From the NCBI GenBank assembly GCA_013239625.1, contig MU054323.1:9455186-9519185 (forward strand): 64,000 nucleotides of DNA, read 5' to 3'. The DNA is from Lama guanicoe. Lineage: Eukaryota. Positions 26,160 to 37,900 of this stretch are shown piece after piece. The notes below the pieces were generated by a model that was not told the DNA's origin, did not search any database, and saw only the letters and a list, made by a program, of their open reading frames with translations. The translations under genes and the position numbers were made by a program. Positions within the stretch are counted from its first letter, which is position 1; each line of letters starts with the position of its first letter.

Positions 26160-27868
26160 TTTTTTTCAGCTTTATTGAGTGTATAATTGAAAAATAAAAA
26201 TTGTAGATATTTAAAGTGTACAACTTGATGTTTTGATATACATAGACACTGTGAAATGATCACTACACTCAAGCTAATTAACATATCCATCACCTCACAT
26301 GGTCATCTTATTTTTTCCTTTTCTTTTCTTATTTTTGTGTGTGGGGACAACATTTAAGATCTACCCTCTTAGCAAATTTTAAGTATACAATACAGTGTTG
26401 TTAACTGTAGCCACTATGCTGTGCATTAGCTCTCCAGAACTTATTCATCTTGCATAACTGAAACTTTGTACCCTTTGACTGACGTCTCCCCATTTCCTCC
26501 TCCCCCACAACCTCTGGCAACCACCATTCTACTCTCTGTTTCTATGAGTTTGACTATTTTAGATTCCACATATGAGTGAGAACATGCAACATCTGTCCTG
26601 TGTCTAGCTTATTTCACTAAGCACCATGTCCTCTGGTTTATCCATTAGGTCACAAATGGTAGGATTTCCTTCCTTCTTTAAGGGTGAATAATATTCTATC
26701 GTATATGTAAACCACATTTTCTTGATCCCTTCCATCAATGGGCACTTAGATTGTTTTCGTATCTTGGCTGTTGCGAATAATGCTACAGTCAATGTGGAAC
26801 TATAGCTATCTCTTCAGGGTACTGATTTCATTTCCTTGGATATATACCCAGGAGTGAGATTGTTGGATCATTGGGTAATTCTATTTTTAATTTTTTGAGG
26901 AATCTCTATACTGTTTTTCATGATTGCTGAACCACTTTACATTCCCACCAATAGTTTCCTTGCTTGCGTTTGTTGTCTTTTGTCTTATTGCTATAAGAGC
27001 CATTCTGACAATGAGGTGATATCTCACTGTGGTTCTAATGATTAGTGATGTTGATCACCTTTTGTATGTCTACTTTTGAGAAATGTCTATTCAGGTCCTT
27101 TGCTTGGTTTTTAATTAGGTTATTTGTGGGGGGTTTTGGTTTTTTGTTTTTTGCTATTGAGCATGAGTTTCATAAATATTTTGGCTATTAACCCATTATT
27201 GATACATGTTTTTCACATTTTTTCTTCCATTCCATAGGTTGCCTCTCACTCTGTTGATTGTTTCCTTTGCTGTGCAGTAGCTTTTTAGTTTGTTGCAATC
27301 CCACTTGTCTATTTTTGCTTTTGGTATTATATCCAAAAAATCTTTGCCCAGACCAAGAAGCTTCTTCTGTTTTCTTCTAGTAGTTTTATAGTTTGGGTTC
27401 TTATGTTCAAGTCTTTAATCCATTTCGAGTTTTTTTATATGGTGTGAGGTAAGCGTCCAGTTTCATTTTTCTGCATGTGGATGTCCAGTTTTCTGAGCAA
27501 CATTTAGTGAAGAGACTGTCTTTTCTCCATTGTGTGTTCTTGGTAATCTTGTCAAAGATCTTGGTAATCTTGTCAAAGACTATAAGTATGTAGGTTTATT
27601 TCTGGGCACTCTATTCTGTTCCATTGGTCTATGTGTCTATTTTAATGCCAGTGCCATACTCTTTTGATTACTGTAGCTTTGTGATATATTTTGCAGCCAG
27701 GAAGTATGATGCCTCCAGCTCTGTTCTTCTTGCTTAAGATGGTCTTGACTATTTGGGGTCTTTTGCAGTTTTATGTGAATTTTAGGAATTTTTAAAATTT
27801 CTGTTAAGAATACCATTGGGATTTTGATGGAATTGCACTGAGTCTGTAGATCACTTTAGGTAGTGTGA
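26160..27868 (-). mobile_element. L1MA-like 3' end with ORF2 C-terminal remnant
   Basis: L1MA 3'UTR (cagctttattgag...aagctaattaacatatccatcacctcacat). ORF 26604-26792 (ALFATAKIRKQSKCP...KMWFTYTIEYYS) resembles the L1 ORF2p C-terminus. Confidence 0.92.
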
Positions 27869-30800
27869 TAAATGTCCATTTTCTTTACAGCAAGGGTTCC
27901 ATTAACATGTAGAAACTGAAGCAATCCCATAATATTGGAAAAGATTTTAGATATGTACAGAAAGTGTGTATCACCCCCACATCCATCCTTTATGGAGCCA
28001 ATACTTAAAAGGGAAAAGGCCAATCATGAATGTTAACTATACAATATAATATTGGAATACTCTGTTTCATCAGTTTGAAAATGGCATGTTTAAAATGTAT
28101 TTTCAATCTGCATAGATAAGTGCACAAGCTTGGTGATTACCCCCAGCTTATGACATTTATGCCAATTAGTAACATTTAATAATTTCAAATGATTACTCAT
28201 CTAGTTCTAGGCACAAGGTAGATTTTAGAGGTGGCTTCTACTGTCAAGGGTATTCACTTTCGGTTGGCATGTTTGTAGAAAGTACAGATACAATGGGTAC
28301 AAATACCTTTTAAGGGGAGGAGAAGGTAGAGAGTTATGTTAACTGGTGGGGAATTGGGAGGATTCTTTTGGGAGAGCATCCATGAGATTTTAAGATTCTA
28401 CTTGGAAGGCGGGGCATAGTGTGATAAACAGGAGGTAAGGGATTCTAGTATTTAGACCAGTTTAACTGTTCACAAAAGCAGCAATGAAGGTCTGTGACCA
28501 AACTGCGTTCAGAGCTGTGATTCAAAAAGCCTCATAGAAGTCAGAGACTTATCCATGATAAAGTTGTATGAGCTAAATGAAATAGCAAGATTTTTTTGCT
28601 TTGGTTTAGAATTGTGTCACTTTGGTTTAGTAATGTGGGTATTTCATAGGGACATGGTTGTTAAGGCAAATTCTCTTAAAATTTGGAGCTTCAGGGAGGG
28701 AAATAGTGAGGGATGAACCCCATATAATAAAAAAAAGGCAACCTATTGCTGGGACAGACTCAAAGATAAGGGGAAGGCCAACTTGGCCCAACTCCAGGAG
28801 TCAGGCCTCACCAGAAGTCAGAACAGTCCAATGAAGGTGTGGCTTGATAGACATTCATGTTTGCTCCAAAGAGTGATGAGGGTGTAGCAGAAAGCTGAGA
28901 TCAGACAGAAGTGTATTCAGGGTGGTTCAAATTCAGTGGTCACCACACAAAGTAAACAAATGGTTACTGAGCCCCTCCCGTGTCAGGAATACAGGATGGT
29001 GCGAGATGGTGCCTGCCATCAAGTTGTTCATTGTCTAGTGGGGAAGTGTGTGAGACCAAGAAAGCCCACAGTGGGATAGGGACTTCCAGAGTTGTCTGGA
29101 ACTGAAGAGGGTTCTGAGGAAGCTGGTGAAAGCTTCACAAAGACCCCATTTGAGCTGGGAGGTGACAAGGCTGAAGTAGTCTGTGGAGTGATGAGAGAGA
29201 TGGAGATGGGGAGGCCGGGGGAGCCCAGCAGACCGGTGCCACTCAGAGCTGGAGGAGCCTAAAGCCCTCCCAGCACCAGAGGTCGTCTTCCGGCCACTGC
29301 CCTCAGCCAGTCTTCTGGAATTCCACAACACTTTTTTTACTCTGGCTGATGAAGATAAAAGACAGGAGCTGAGACAGGCCCGTGGAGCTGAGACAGCCTC
29401 TCTGGCTGGGAGACAGTTTTTACCAGATGCCCTGGAGCCAACAGCTTCTGCTCCACCCAGCCTTTAATAGCAGAACCAGACTCCCAGGAACTGAGGCTCC
29501 GAACATTGGCGCGAAGGGTAATTTCTCCTCCTCGTTTACACTCTATCCACTCGGGCCCTGCAGGGTTCCAGGTCCAACCGTCCATTAGAACCCTTCAAAG
29601 CCTTGAGAAAGTCTGACACCTGAACACCTCCCTGCCTTTCTCCTCTCCCCACCCTCGTCTGTTATGGAATCAGAGTCCTGAATGGGGGGAAGGGCGGGGG
29701 TGGGGGTACGGAGTGTTGCTGGTTTTTATTTTAAAACAGTTGTGTATTTTAAAAACAGCTTCCTAGGTAAGTCTGGTGCACAGCTAGTCCTGAGAACCAC
29801 ACAGATAGAACACACACCTCTGTCAGAAACCCGGCTTGAGTTCCCAGCCTCACGGTATCCTGGCCCTGAGACCGTTTCCTCATCTGTAAAATGGTATTGT
29901 TGTTTATCCTGCCTACTTTACAGGGGGTTTTATGAAGATTAAATCACATGAAAGCAGACTGGAAACCATCCTGTGTAAGGTGTTATTTATCCCTGTGTGG
30001 CCACTCCTCTGCCTCCACCCTAGTTTATAGCCAATCACGGCTCCAGGATTGTTTCACTGGCCAGCTGGTTTGTTTGTCGCTCTGAGCCCTGCCACCAAAT
30101 TGACTGTATTGAAACACCACTTTCATTGTGTTTCTCTTCTGCTCGGAAGTGCCTGGCAGCCTCCCTCAGGACACAGGCTCCCCTCACCCACCGGGCTTTC
30201 TCTCTCACTCACCTTTGGCCTCTTTGCTGTCTCCCCTTGACCTAGATATATTTCATGCACCATTTCTTAAAACCGATCTCCAGTTTTCTCTCTAACCTGA
30301 TCACCTCCATCTCAATCTGAATATAAGTATGAGACTTTAACATATATCGACTTGAATGGTTCTTTAATTGTTGTGCGTATTTGCTTTATTATTCTGGTTA
30401 ATTTCCTCGCAGAGGTCCACGACTACTATGTCTAAAGGATGTTTTAAATTATGTCGTTATGATGTAGAGGGCCCCGTATGGTGTTAGGCACTTGGCGGGG
30501 GCCAGCAACCACGTGCTGAGATGGGAGGCTGGGTGGTTGGAGCAGACTTGTAGTCTGTAGGTGTCTTTTCATAATCAGAACCCTGAGGACTAGATGGTTA
30601 TTCTCCCCATTTTTCAAGTGAGAAGAGAGGGGCTGAGGGAGATTGAGTAACATCAAACTTGCGAGAATGACAGGGAAACAAGGGACACTGTCCTGTGGGA
30701 GCCTGAGTGCAGCAGAGCCCACAGGTGGGTGTAGACGTGGAGGGCAGCTCCTGCAGGTGGGGCCAGGCCATGGCTGGGGCCTGGGGCTGGGTCTGAATTA

Positions 30801-33319
30801 GTGAAGACCTAGCAGAAGGGACCAGACCCAATACGCTGAGGTAGGCACCACTGCGGGGGGCAGCTGCTCCCCAGAGTGAAAGACAGAGTCCAGGTGACTC
30901 CAGCTGGCCTCCTTGGGACAAGTCAAGTGAACAGGAGGCTGGAGAGGGTTAATGTGACTCAGCGTCTGCCCGGGTAAGAGCCAGGCAGTGGGCTTTGCAG
31001 GCCATTTCCTGGGGAATTTTCAGATGGACCAGTGATTTCATATTTCTATTCTAAAGCACCCCCTGCCCTGGGGAAGATTGATCATGATCATGTGGCCATC
31101 CAGTTGAGGCCAAGTGGTCTGATCTCTTAAAGGAGAAGCTGAAACCGCAGTGGAAACTTGCTAGGCCTGAAGGTATCAGTAATTCCATTCCTGATCAACA
31201 CTGATGAGAAACCCTTCCAGTCTTTTCTGGCTCCAGCCAGAGTGCAGATTAACAGTGCTTTGATGTTTCAGTATCACTGCCTGATTTATGAAGGTATAAA
31301 CTTCTTGCAGGTAACCTGCTGCTGCCTCGGGTTGAATTCATTGTACTTATTGTCTAACTGGGACAGGCCTGGGGTGGGGCTGGTGAGAGCTGGCAGCGCC
31401 AGACCCAGAAAGGCAAGCGAGCTAAAGACCAGCAGGCAGGCCTGGGGCTTGGACAGCTACCCAGCAAACGGGTGGAGTAACAAGCTCAGTTGTGTGCGAA
31501 GAATCCAGGGCGTGGCGAGGGAGTCAGCTACTGGGACAGTAAAGGTGAGTGTTTAATACATACGCATTTATTAGCGTGGCTGGGTCTTTTGTCAAAAATG
31601 TTGTAAATTCCCAGTTCAGGATTTTAGAGTAAGTTAAATTACTGCTAGTTCTCCTTCAACAGCCAGGAAGCACCCCCTTAATAAAAGAAAAGTTCAGAGT
31701 CTTTGATTCATCTTCAACCTGAAATATTAAAGTTCTAGTTTTCATAAGCTGTTAGAGATAACTTTCAAAGGATTCCTTCCCCATTCCCACCCCATACCCT
31801 TGCCCATGACAAAGGTAGGAGTATTTTCCTAACATTTGATGAAACCCTCCTCCCTTCCCAAAGTCTACCAAATTTTGATCTAAAAAAGGGGGGGGGCTAA
31901 TAGGACAGTAAGATTTGTACCTTCACCAGTAAATATTACAGTTTATCTGGGTAGCTTGTGGAAGCTTGTCAGGTCGAAGTGACTCACTTGCACAGAAGAA
32001 GTTATTTTTAGAGATGTAATTTGTACTGTTTAGAAAAGAATAAAGAGATGGTAAAAAGCTAGATCGCTCATTATAGTTTACAGAGCTCATGAACCCAGCA
32101 TCCATGCAAAAGATGACTAAGCAACGGGTCGGTTGGTACTTTCTCTCAGAATTTTACAGACGTGAGTCACCCACTTGGGATTGCAGACGCAGCACCGAGG
32201 TACCTGTGACTCAGCTCCCATTTAGAAAGTGCGCTAGAATTCAATTCTGATACCCTTTGGTAGTTAAGTACTGAGGAAATTACATACCAAAGCAAAAAAT
32301 GCCTTTCTACCACGCAGCCATCAGATGTTTTTATCAGGGGTTGATTTGTCTTCACCTCTGGCTTTTGATAGACTCTGTGAGCGGTGCCGGCTGATATGCC
32401 GTTCATTCTGCTGCTGTCCACTACAGGGCCACCTGCTTCACGTCTGGGGCCCTGACCCTGGTGTACACCTGTACCCGGTAGAAATCTCAGCACCACCCTT
32501 CTGGCACTGAGCTGTCTGGCATCCAGGCCCACTTCCTTTAACCAAATGTGTGTGTGTATGAAAATCTTCAGCCTAACGTGAAAATCCTAGTTTTCATAAG
32601 CTGGGAGAAATAGCTTACAAAGGCTTGCTCCCCTCCGCACCACGCCCATGTCAGGGAGTAGGAGAAATAAAATCGTATTTTCTTAAAGTACTTTGATACT
32701 TAAAAAAAAAAAAACTATACATACAAACATATGTACCGACGTGTGTGAACACACGTTGAGAAAAACGATCTGGGTACATAAGCAGACGTGTTGAAGCAAA
32801 GACTTGATTCTCTCTGCAGGGAGGGCTGCTGCTTTGTTCTCGGGCGCAGGGCTCTGCTGGCCAGGTGACCCTTGAGCAACAGCCCCGCACATGGATGGCG
32901 GCCTGGTCATTGGGATACGCTCATTATGCCGTCTGTTCAGAGTTAAGCCCTCAGACATGACCCATCCTTTCAAACAAACAGGAAATGGCCCTTTGCTATT
33001 TGTAGACCATAGATCATTATCAATAGATGATTCATAACCAACAAAGAATTTGTATATTTATTATTTTTATCAAAGAAACCTGAACATGGTTACAAAAGCA
33101 AATATTCCAGAAAGAGATTCAATGAAAAGTGAAAGTCCTCTGCCCCACACCGCTCATGGAGGTCACCTTTAACCACTTCTGTCACCTGGCAGTTACCTCT
33201 GAAACTGTTTCATTCCTCACCTGCGGTGCCTGAAGCACTCTTACTAAGAAATGTCAGGGCATGAGGACGTTAAAAACATGGTCCTGTTGTCAGAGAAAAG
33301 CCTCGTGTCCGTTCGAGTC

Positions 33320-34560
33320 AGCTCAGCAGACCTTTGAAGATCTCCTATGGCCCAAACTCTCTGTTGGGAGCGGTGGTCACAGAAATGTGTAGGTGCAATG
33401 AATTTACAGTCAAGTAGGGGAGGCAGATATGCAAATACATTAATACAAGCTGCTCTAATACAGGTGTGAAAGATGCTATAATACAGGTGTAAAGTACAGG
33501 TGTATAAAACCCCTTCTGTGGGGTTTTACAGAAATGCCCTAGGGCTGGGTCTCTAAGTGCTGATAGAAATATGCTACGGAGATAACAAGGGAAGAATGTC
33601 CCAGGGAGAACACTGTGCTTGTGGACTAATGTGGTGCATTCAGACGATCGGGGATAATTCATAATATTGCATTTTTAGAGTATGTGAGTTAAGGGAGTAA
33701 TGGGAATGAGGCAGGGAAAAAAATGTGCCTAATGATGGAGAGCCTTGTATGTGAGGAGTTCAAAGTATATCCCATTACTGACGGAGAGCCTTGGAAGGAT
33801 TTTAAACAGAGATGTGCCATTATCTCACTTACGCTATAGGTCTGATGGCCGAGTGGAGGGTGAATTCAAGTGAGAAGAAGCCGGGGCTAGGAAAACCACT
33901 TGGGATAACTAGTCCAGGCCAGATCATCTAAGGCACTGAAAGGAAGTAGGGAGGGAGGGGAAAGGACAGGTGCTAGAACTGCTCCAGAGGGAGAATCAGC
34001 ACTTCTTAGTGAACATTCAGATTTAAGAAATAAGGGAGAGTTGCAAATTGCTGGGTAAATCCCAGCTAACATGCTGAGTAGAGAGTGGAAAGTTAAAAAG
34101 GGACCAGCACTGGGGGGAAAGACAATGAGTTGAATATACTGAGTTGGGGTGTTTATGTGACAAGCAGGCGGAGATAGTCGGTAAGCAGCCAAAAATGGGG
34201 GACTGAAGCTCAGACAGAGCCATCTTGGTTGGTGCAGATTTGTGATCTGAGTAGCACGGAAGGGGCGCCCGCCGCAGGATCAGTCTGTAACGTGAGAGGG
34301 TGAACACAGCTCGCGGGAGGCAATAGCTGGTGGTGGTCAGGAGACTGGGATGGAGACGAAGGAGCAGTGGAGAGGTAAGGTGAGAACAAGGAGAGAGGAG
34401 CACCAGGAAGGCTGGAGTGGCAGGTGAGGTGAGAGTGAACGCACTTGCGCTGGTAAACAGCGGTCATCGTGCCCAGGGTTGGAGTGGGAAAGGCAGGGGA
34501 GGAAACACGCATAACTGAGAGCGGGCAGAGGCCGGGTGTAGACGGTTGCGGCATGAGCTG
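33320..34560 (-). mobile_element. Degenerate L2 fragments
   Basis: ggagagccttggaaggattttaaacaga; tagtccaggccagat; gagccatcttgg-type L2 motifs. Confidence 0.55.
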
Positions 34561-34792
34561 ACAGTGAAGCCGATGAGCCGATCCTCTTAAAGGAGTTCAG
34601 AAAATTAAAAGAAGAATGAATGAGAAGTAGCCAGTAGGAGTGGTGGTCAGGAGGGGCCCTTATGGGGATAAGAGATTCTTTAGCATGATGAGAAGGAACC
34701 TGCGACAGAGAGGTTCCAATTTAGAGGGAAAAGAGAGAAAGAGAATTAAAAGAGCAAAATCCTAGCAGTGGCAGAAGAGTATGGAACCTAGA

Positions 34793-34932
34793 GGGGTTGA
34801 GTATAGCTCGGGGGTAGAGCGCATGCTTAGCATGCGTGAGGTCCTGGGTTCAATCCCCAGTACCTCCATTTAAATAAATAAATAAATAAATAAACCTAGT
34901 TACCTCCCCCCACCAAAAAAAATTTTTTTTTA
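34793..34932 (+). mobile_element. Vic-1-type tRNA-Ala-derived SINE with 15-bp TSD
   Basis: tRNA-like head (tagctcgggggtagagcgcatgcttagcatgc; B box ggttcaatcc), (TAAA)n spacer and cctagttacctcccccc. TSD agtatggaacctaga (34778-34792) versus agtatggaacctgga (34933-34947). Confidence 0.92.
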
Positions 34933-37900
34933 AGTATGGAACCTGGATCACAGGTCAAGGAAAGAGTTTTGGACATGAAGGAACTTCAACCTCCTCTGAG
35001 ACAGAAGGAAAGACAGGTATTGATGAGTAAGAGAGGCAGGGAGGGAGGAAGGGCCAGGAAATGGAGATAATTTGCCCTTGAGTGTCCATTTTTCTCTTAA
35101 TAAGTTGGTTGGAAGCAGGATTGTCTCCTGAGTGCAAATATCAGGGATGGGATTAGGATTTTTAAAGAGGCGAAGTTTTGGACTAGTCATTAGAGCCGGC
35201 ACAGCAAACTAAAAGTTGTTTCATTCATCTCTGCATGACCAGCACCTCACAGTGCCAGGAGGGTAGTCAGCACTTAAAAATGTCTCTGAATCAGTGAATT
35301 TTCAAATTGTGGTCAGAGAGTAGTAGTTTAGAAGTTAATGATTTTGCAGCTGAGCACAAGTAGATGTTGAGAAGGTTGGAGGTGTGGCCATGGGGCGGTG
35401 GGTGCTGGATAGGTTGCCCTTGTAAATGCTGAAGTTACCCTGGATGATGACAGGAATCAGAATGCAGAGGACTTGAAGCAAGTGTAGACATTCTCAAGAA
35501 TGCTGATTATGTAACCAGGAGACTGAGTAGATGACAGCAAAGAGGATCCACAGAAGTGATCCAGTCAAATGGTAGAAACTTCAGATGGGGATGCTTTTCT
35601 TAGGGGCAAGGCTGGGTGTGTAGGTGAATCTGGGAAAACAGGTGGCTTCTACTCAAGGGAGTGGCCAAGGGAGCAAGCCAGGTTTCACCTGAGACAAGGA
35701 GGTCGCAGAAGGTTCTGAGAACTAAGTGAGAAGGCTCCCCTTGGAGTAGAAGCAGAGGTAACCAGGGTGTGGTAGAGACTGGGTGTTTGTCCTGAGAGGA
35801 TCCAGAATGACCCCCCAAAAATGGATTTTTTTTTTATTTTCCAAAAGATGAGCCTCACTGAAAGTGAGAGGCTGGTTAGCGGGGGAGGAAGTGGCTGAGA
35901 CATGAGGTGTCTGCGGGTCTGCACAGGGGCAGTGAGTGAGCAGGCAGCCCCAGCAGCATGGAAAGCCCTGGTGGAGAAGTTGACACTGTGGTTCCATCAG
36001 ACCCTCAGAGAGCCACAGTTAGCTGGCGGCCAGATGGTCTGGGAGGCCACCTCCACCAGCAAGTGTTTTCCAGGAGAGCTGCTCTGGGACCTACACTATC
36101 TCAGCTTCAGAAACGCCATTAGGCACGTCTCGAGGCTTCTCTGACCAGGGACTACGAGGAGCCACGTGGACTTGGAGAGTAAACGCTTAGAAACTTTTCT
36201 AGCAATTTGACATTGAGGTGGCATCTGAGCATGGTTGTTGTCTCGGCCATTCAGTTTTATTTTTCTTTATCAGTCTGTGACAGATAGGAAATTAAAACAA
36301 AACAGAACAGAACTGGCTGTTCACCTCGGAGACTGGACAGAGCACAGCTCTAGTGCACGTCCCCCTTGGCCTGAGGCTCTGACGCAGGAACACCCTGCTG
36401 CTCAGACGAGGCCCGGTGGCCTGCCACCCTGCTCTGGTCCTGTGGTCCCAGGAGCAGCACAGCCTGTGCCGCTCAGTAGTTCTTGGCCATAGAGTTCAGT
36501 CCCTTGTGAGCAAAACATGGAGAGTGAAACAGCTGGTGCCGCTACCTGGGCTGGCTGCGCGACCCTCGGAGCCACGTGGAGTCCGCACTTGACTTTCTCT
36601 GCCACACTGGGGTGGACAGGCAGCTTGGGGGCAAAGTAGCGTTGTCCCTGGACGTGAGGGTTAGTTGGCCAGAAACCTCAGGACAATTCGGCAGTGAGGC
36701 AAAGCAAGGCCGTTGATCTCACCTTCTACTTCTTATCCAAAGAAAAACGACGCGTTATGAAACAAAGGGGAAGAAAACAGCCTGAGTAGTAGCTAGTCGG
36801 TCTCTCTTCCTCTGAGCCCCAGTATGTTTAATGCATCCTCCCACTTCAGGACTTCAATACTGTATGTGATTCTCGTGTTTGCTGACTTGCCCAGTGATGA
36901 GCCCTGGAGGGCAGAGTTCATCTTTGCTTCATCTTGAAGTCCCCTGCCCTTAGCACAGGGTCAGAGCAGATAGAGCAACTCAGAAACTTTATAGATGAAT
37001 GTGCAAACTCACATCCTCTTTTCTTATTTGACTTAAAATAACACATTTGGTCCTACTCTCATACCAAATCATCACTGATTTTTAAATAGTTTAAAACTCC
37101 GTAGGTCATTCTTTGCGATGCTGAAGGATGCCTAACTCTCACCGGTCAAGAGTCCCATGGTCAGGAATGCTCACGGTCACATTTCTGAGTTTCAGACAAG
37201 CAGCTCTCTCTTCTCTTTTTGTACAAGTCTTAAACTGCCCTGCTCCTTAAACCAAATACATACATACATACGTGTATATTTACGTAGAGGGGTGTGTGTA
37301 TGTACACATGTGAAAAATGGCACCTCTTAGTGAAGCATTCCTCTAGATCTGGAGTTCTCACACCTCTCCTCCAGATCCATATTGGTGTCTGTTCAGGCAC
37401 CTCTTGGCAGATTCCAGTTTAATTTTTCCGTGAGCTAAGGGTGAGTGATGACTTAGCAAGTTGAACATTTAAAGAATCAAACCTGTTTTTCTGTGAAACC
37501 AATTAATAATATACCTAAAGTGAACCACTTGGCTTATAGAAACAAAGAGCATTCCATCACAGAGAGTACTGGTAAGGGGTCAAGAGTAAGGCGGGGCAGG
37601 TGAGACTAGCTGCTTTGTTGTAAGAGCAGCAGGCAGGCTGAATGAGAAGGGGTGAGCCGTTGAGTCCAGTCAGGCTCTGCTGAGGTGTGACCAGGTTTAA
37701 GGGACTTTATTTTAAAGTCCTTTGGATCTTCTCTCTCTTTTTTATTCCTAATCTGATTCTTTCCATCTGTCCTTAAATGCTCTTGTGTATATGGACTTCA
37801 ACTTGTGTATTGAAACCTTAGTCTTAACTGGAGCCTGATGGGCTGTACCACACCTTCTTTAGAAGAAAAATATACGTAGGCCTTCCCTGAGCTGCCCCCA

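Noticed and set aside
34793..34868. tRNA-Ala(AGC) gene
   Set aside because: Followed by the SINE body, tail and TSD, has an imperfect acceptor stem, and has two diverged relatives in the window; it is a SINE head.
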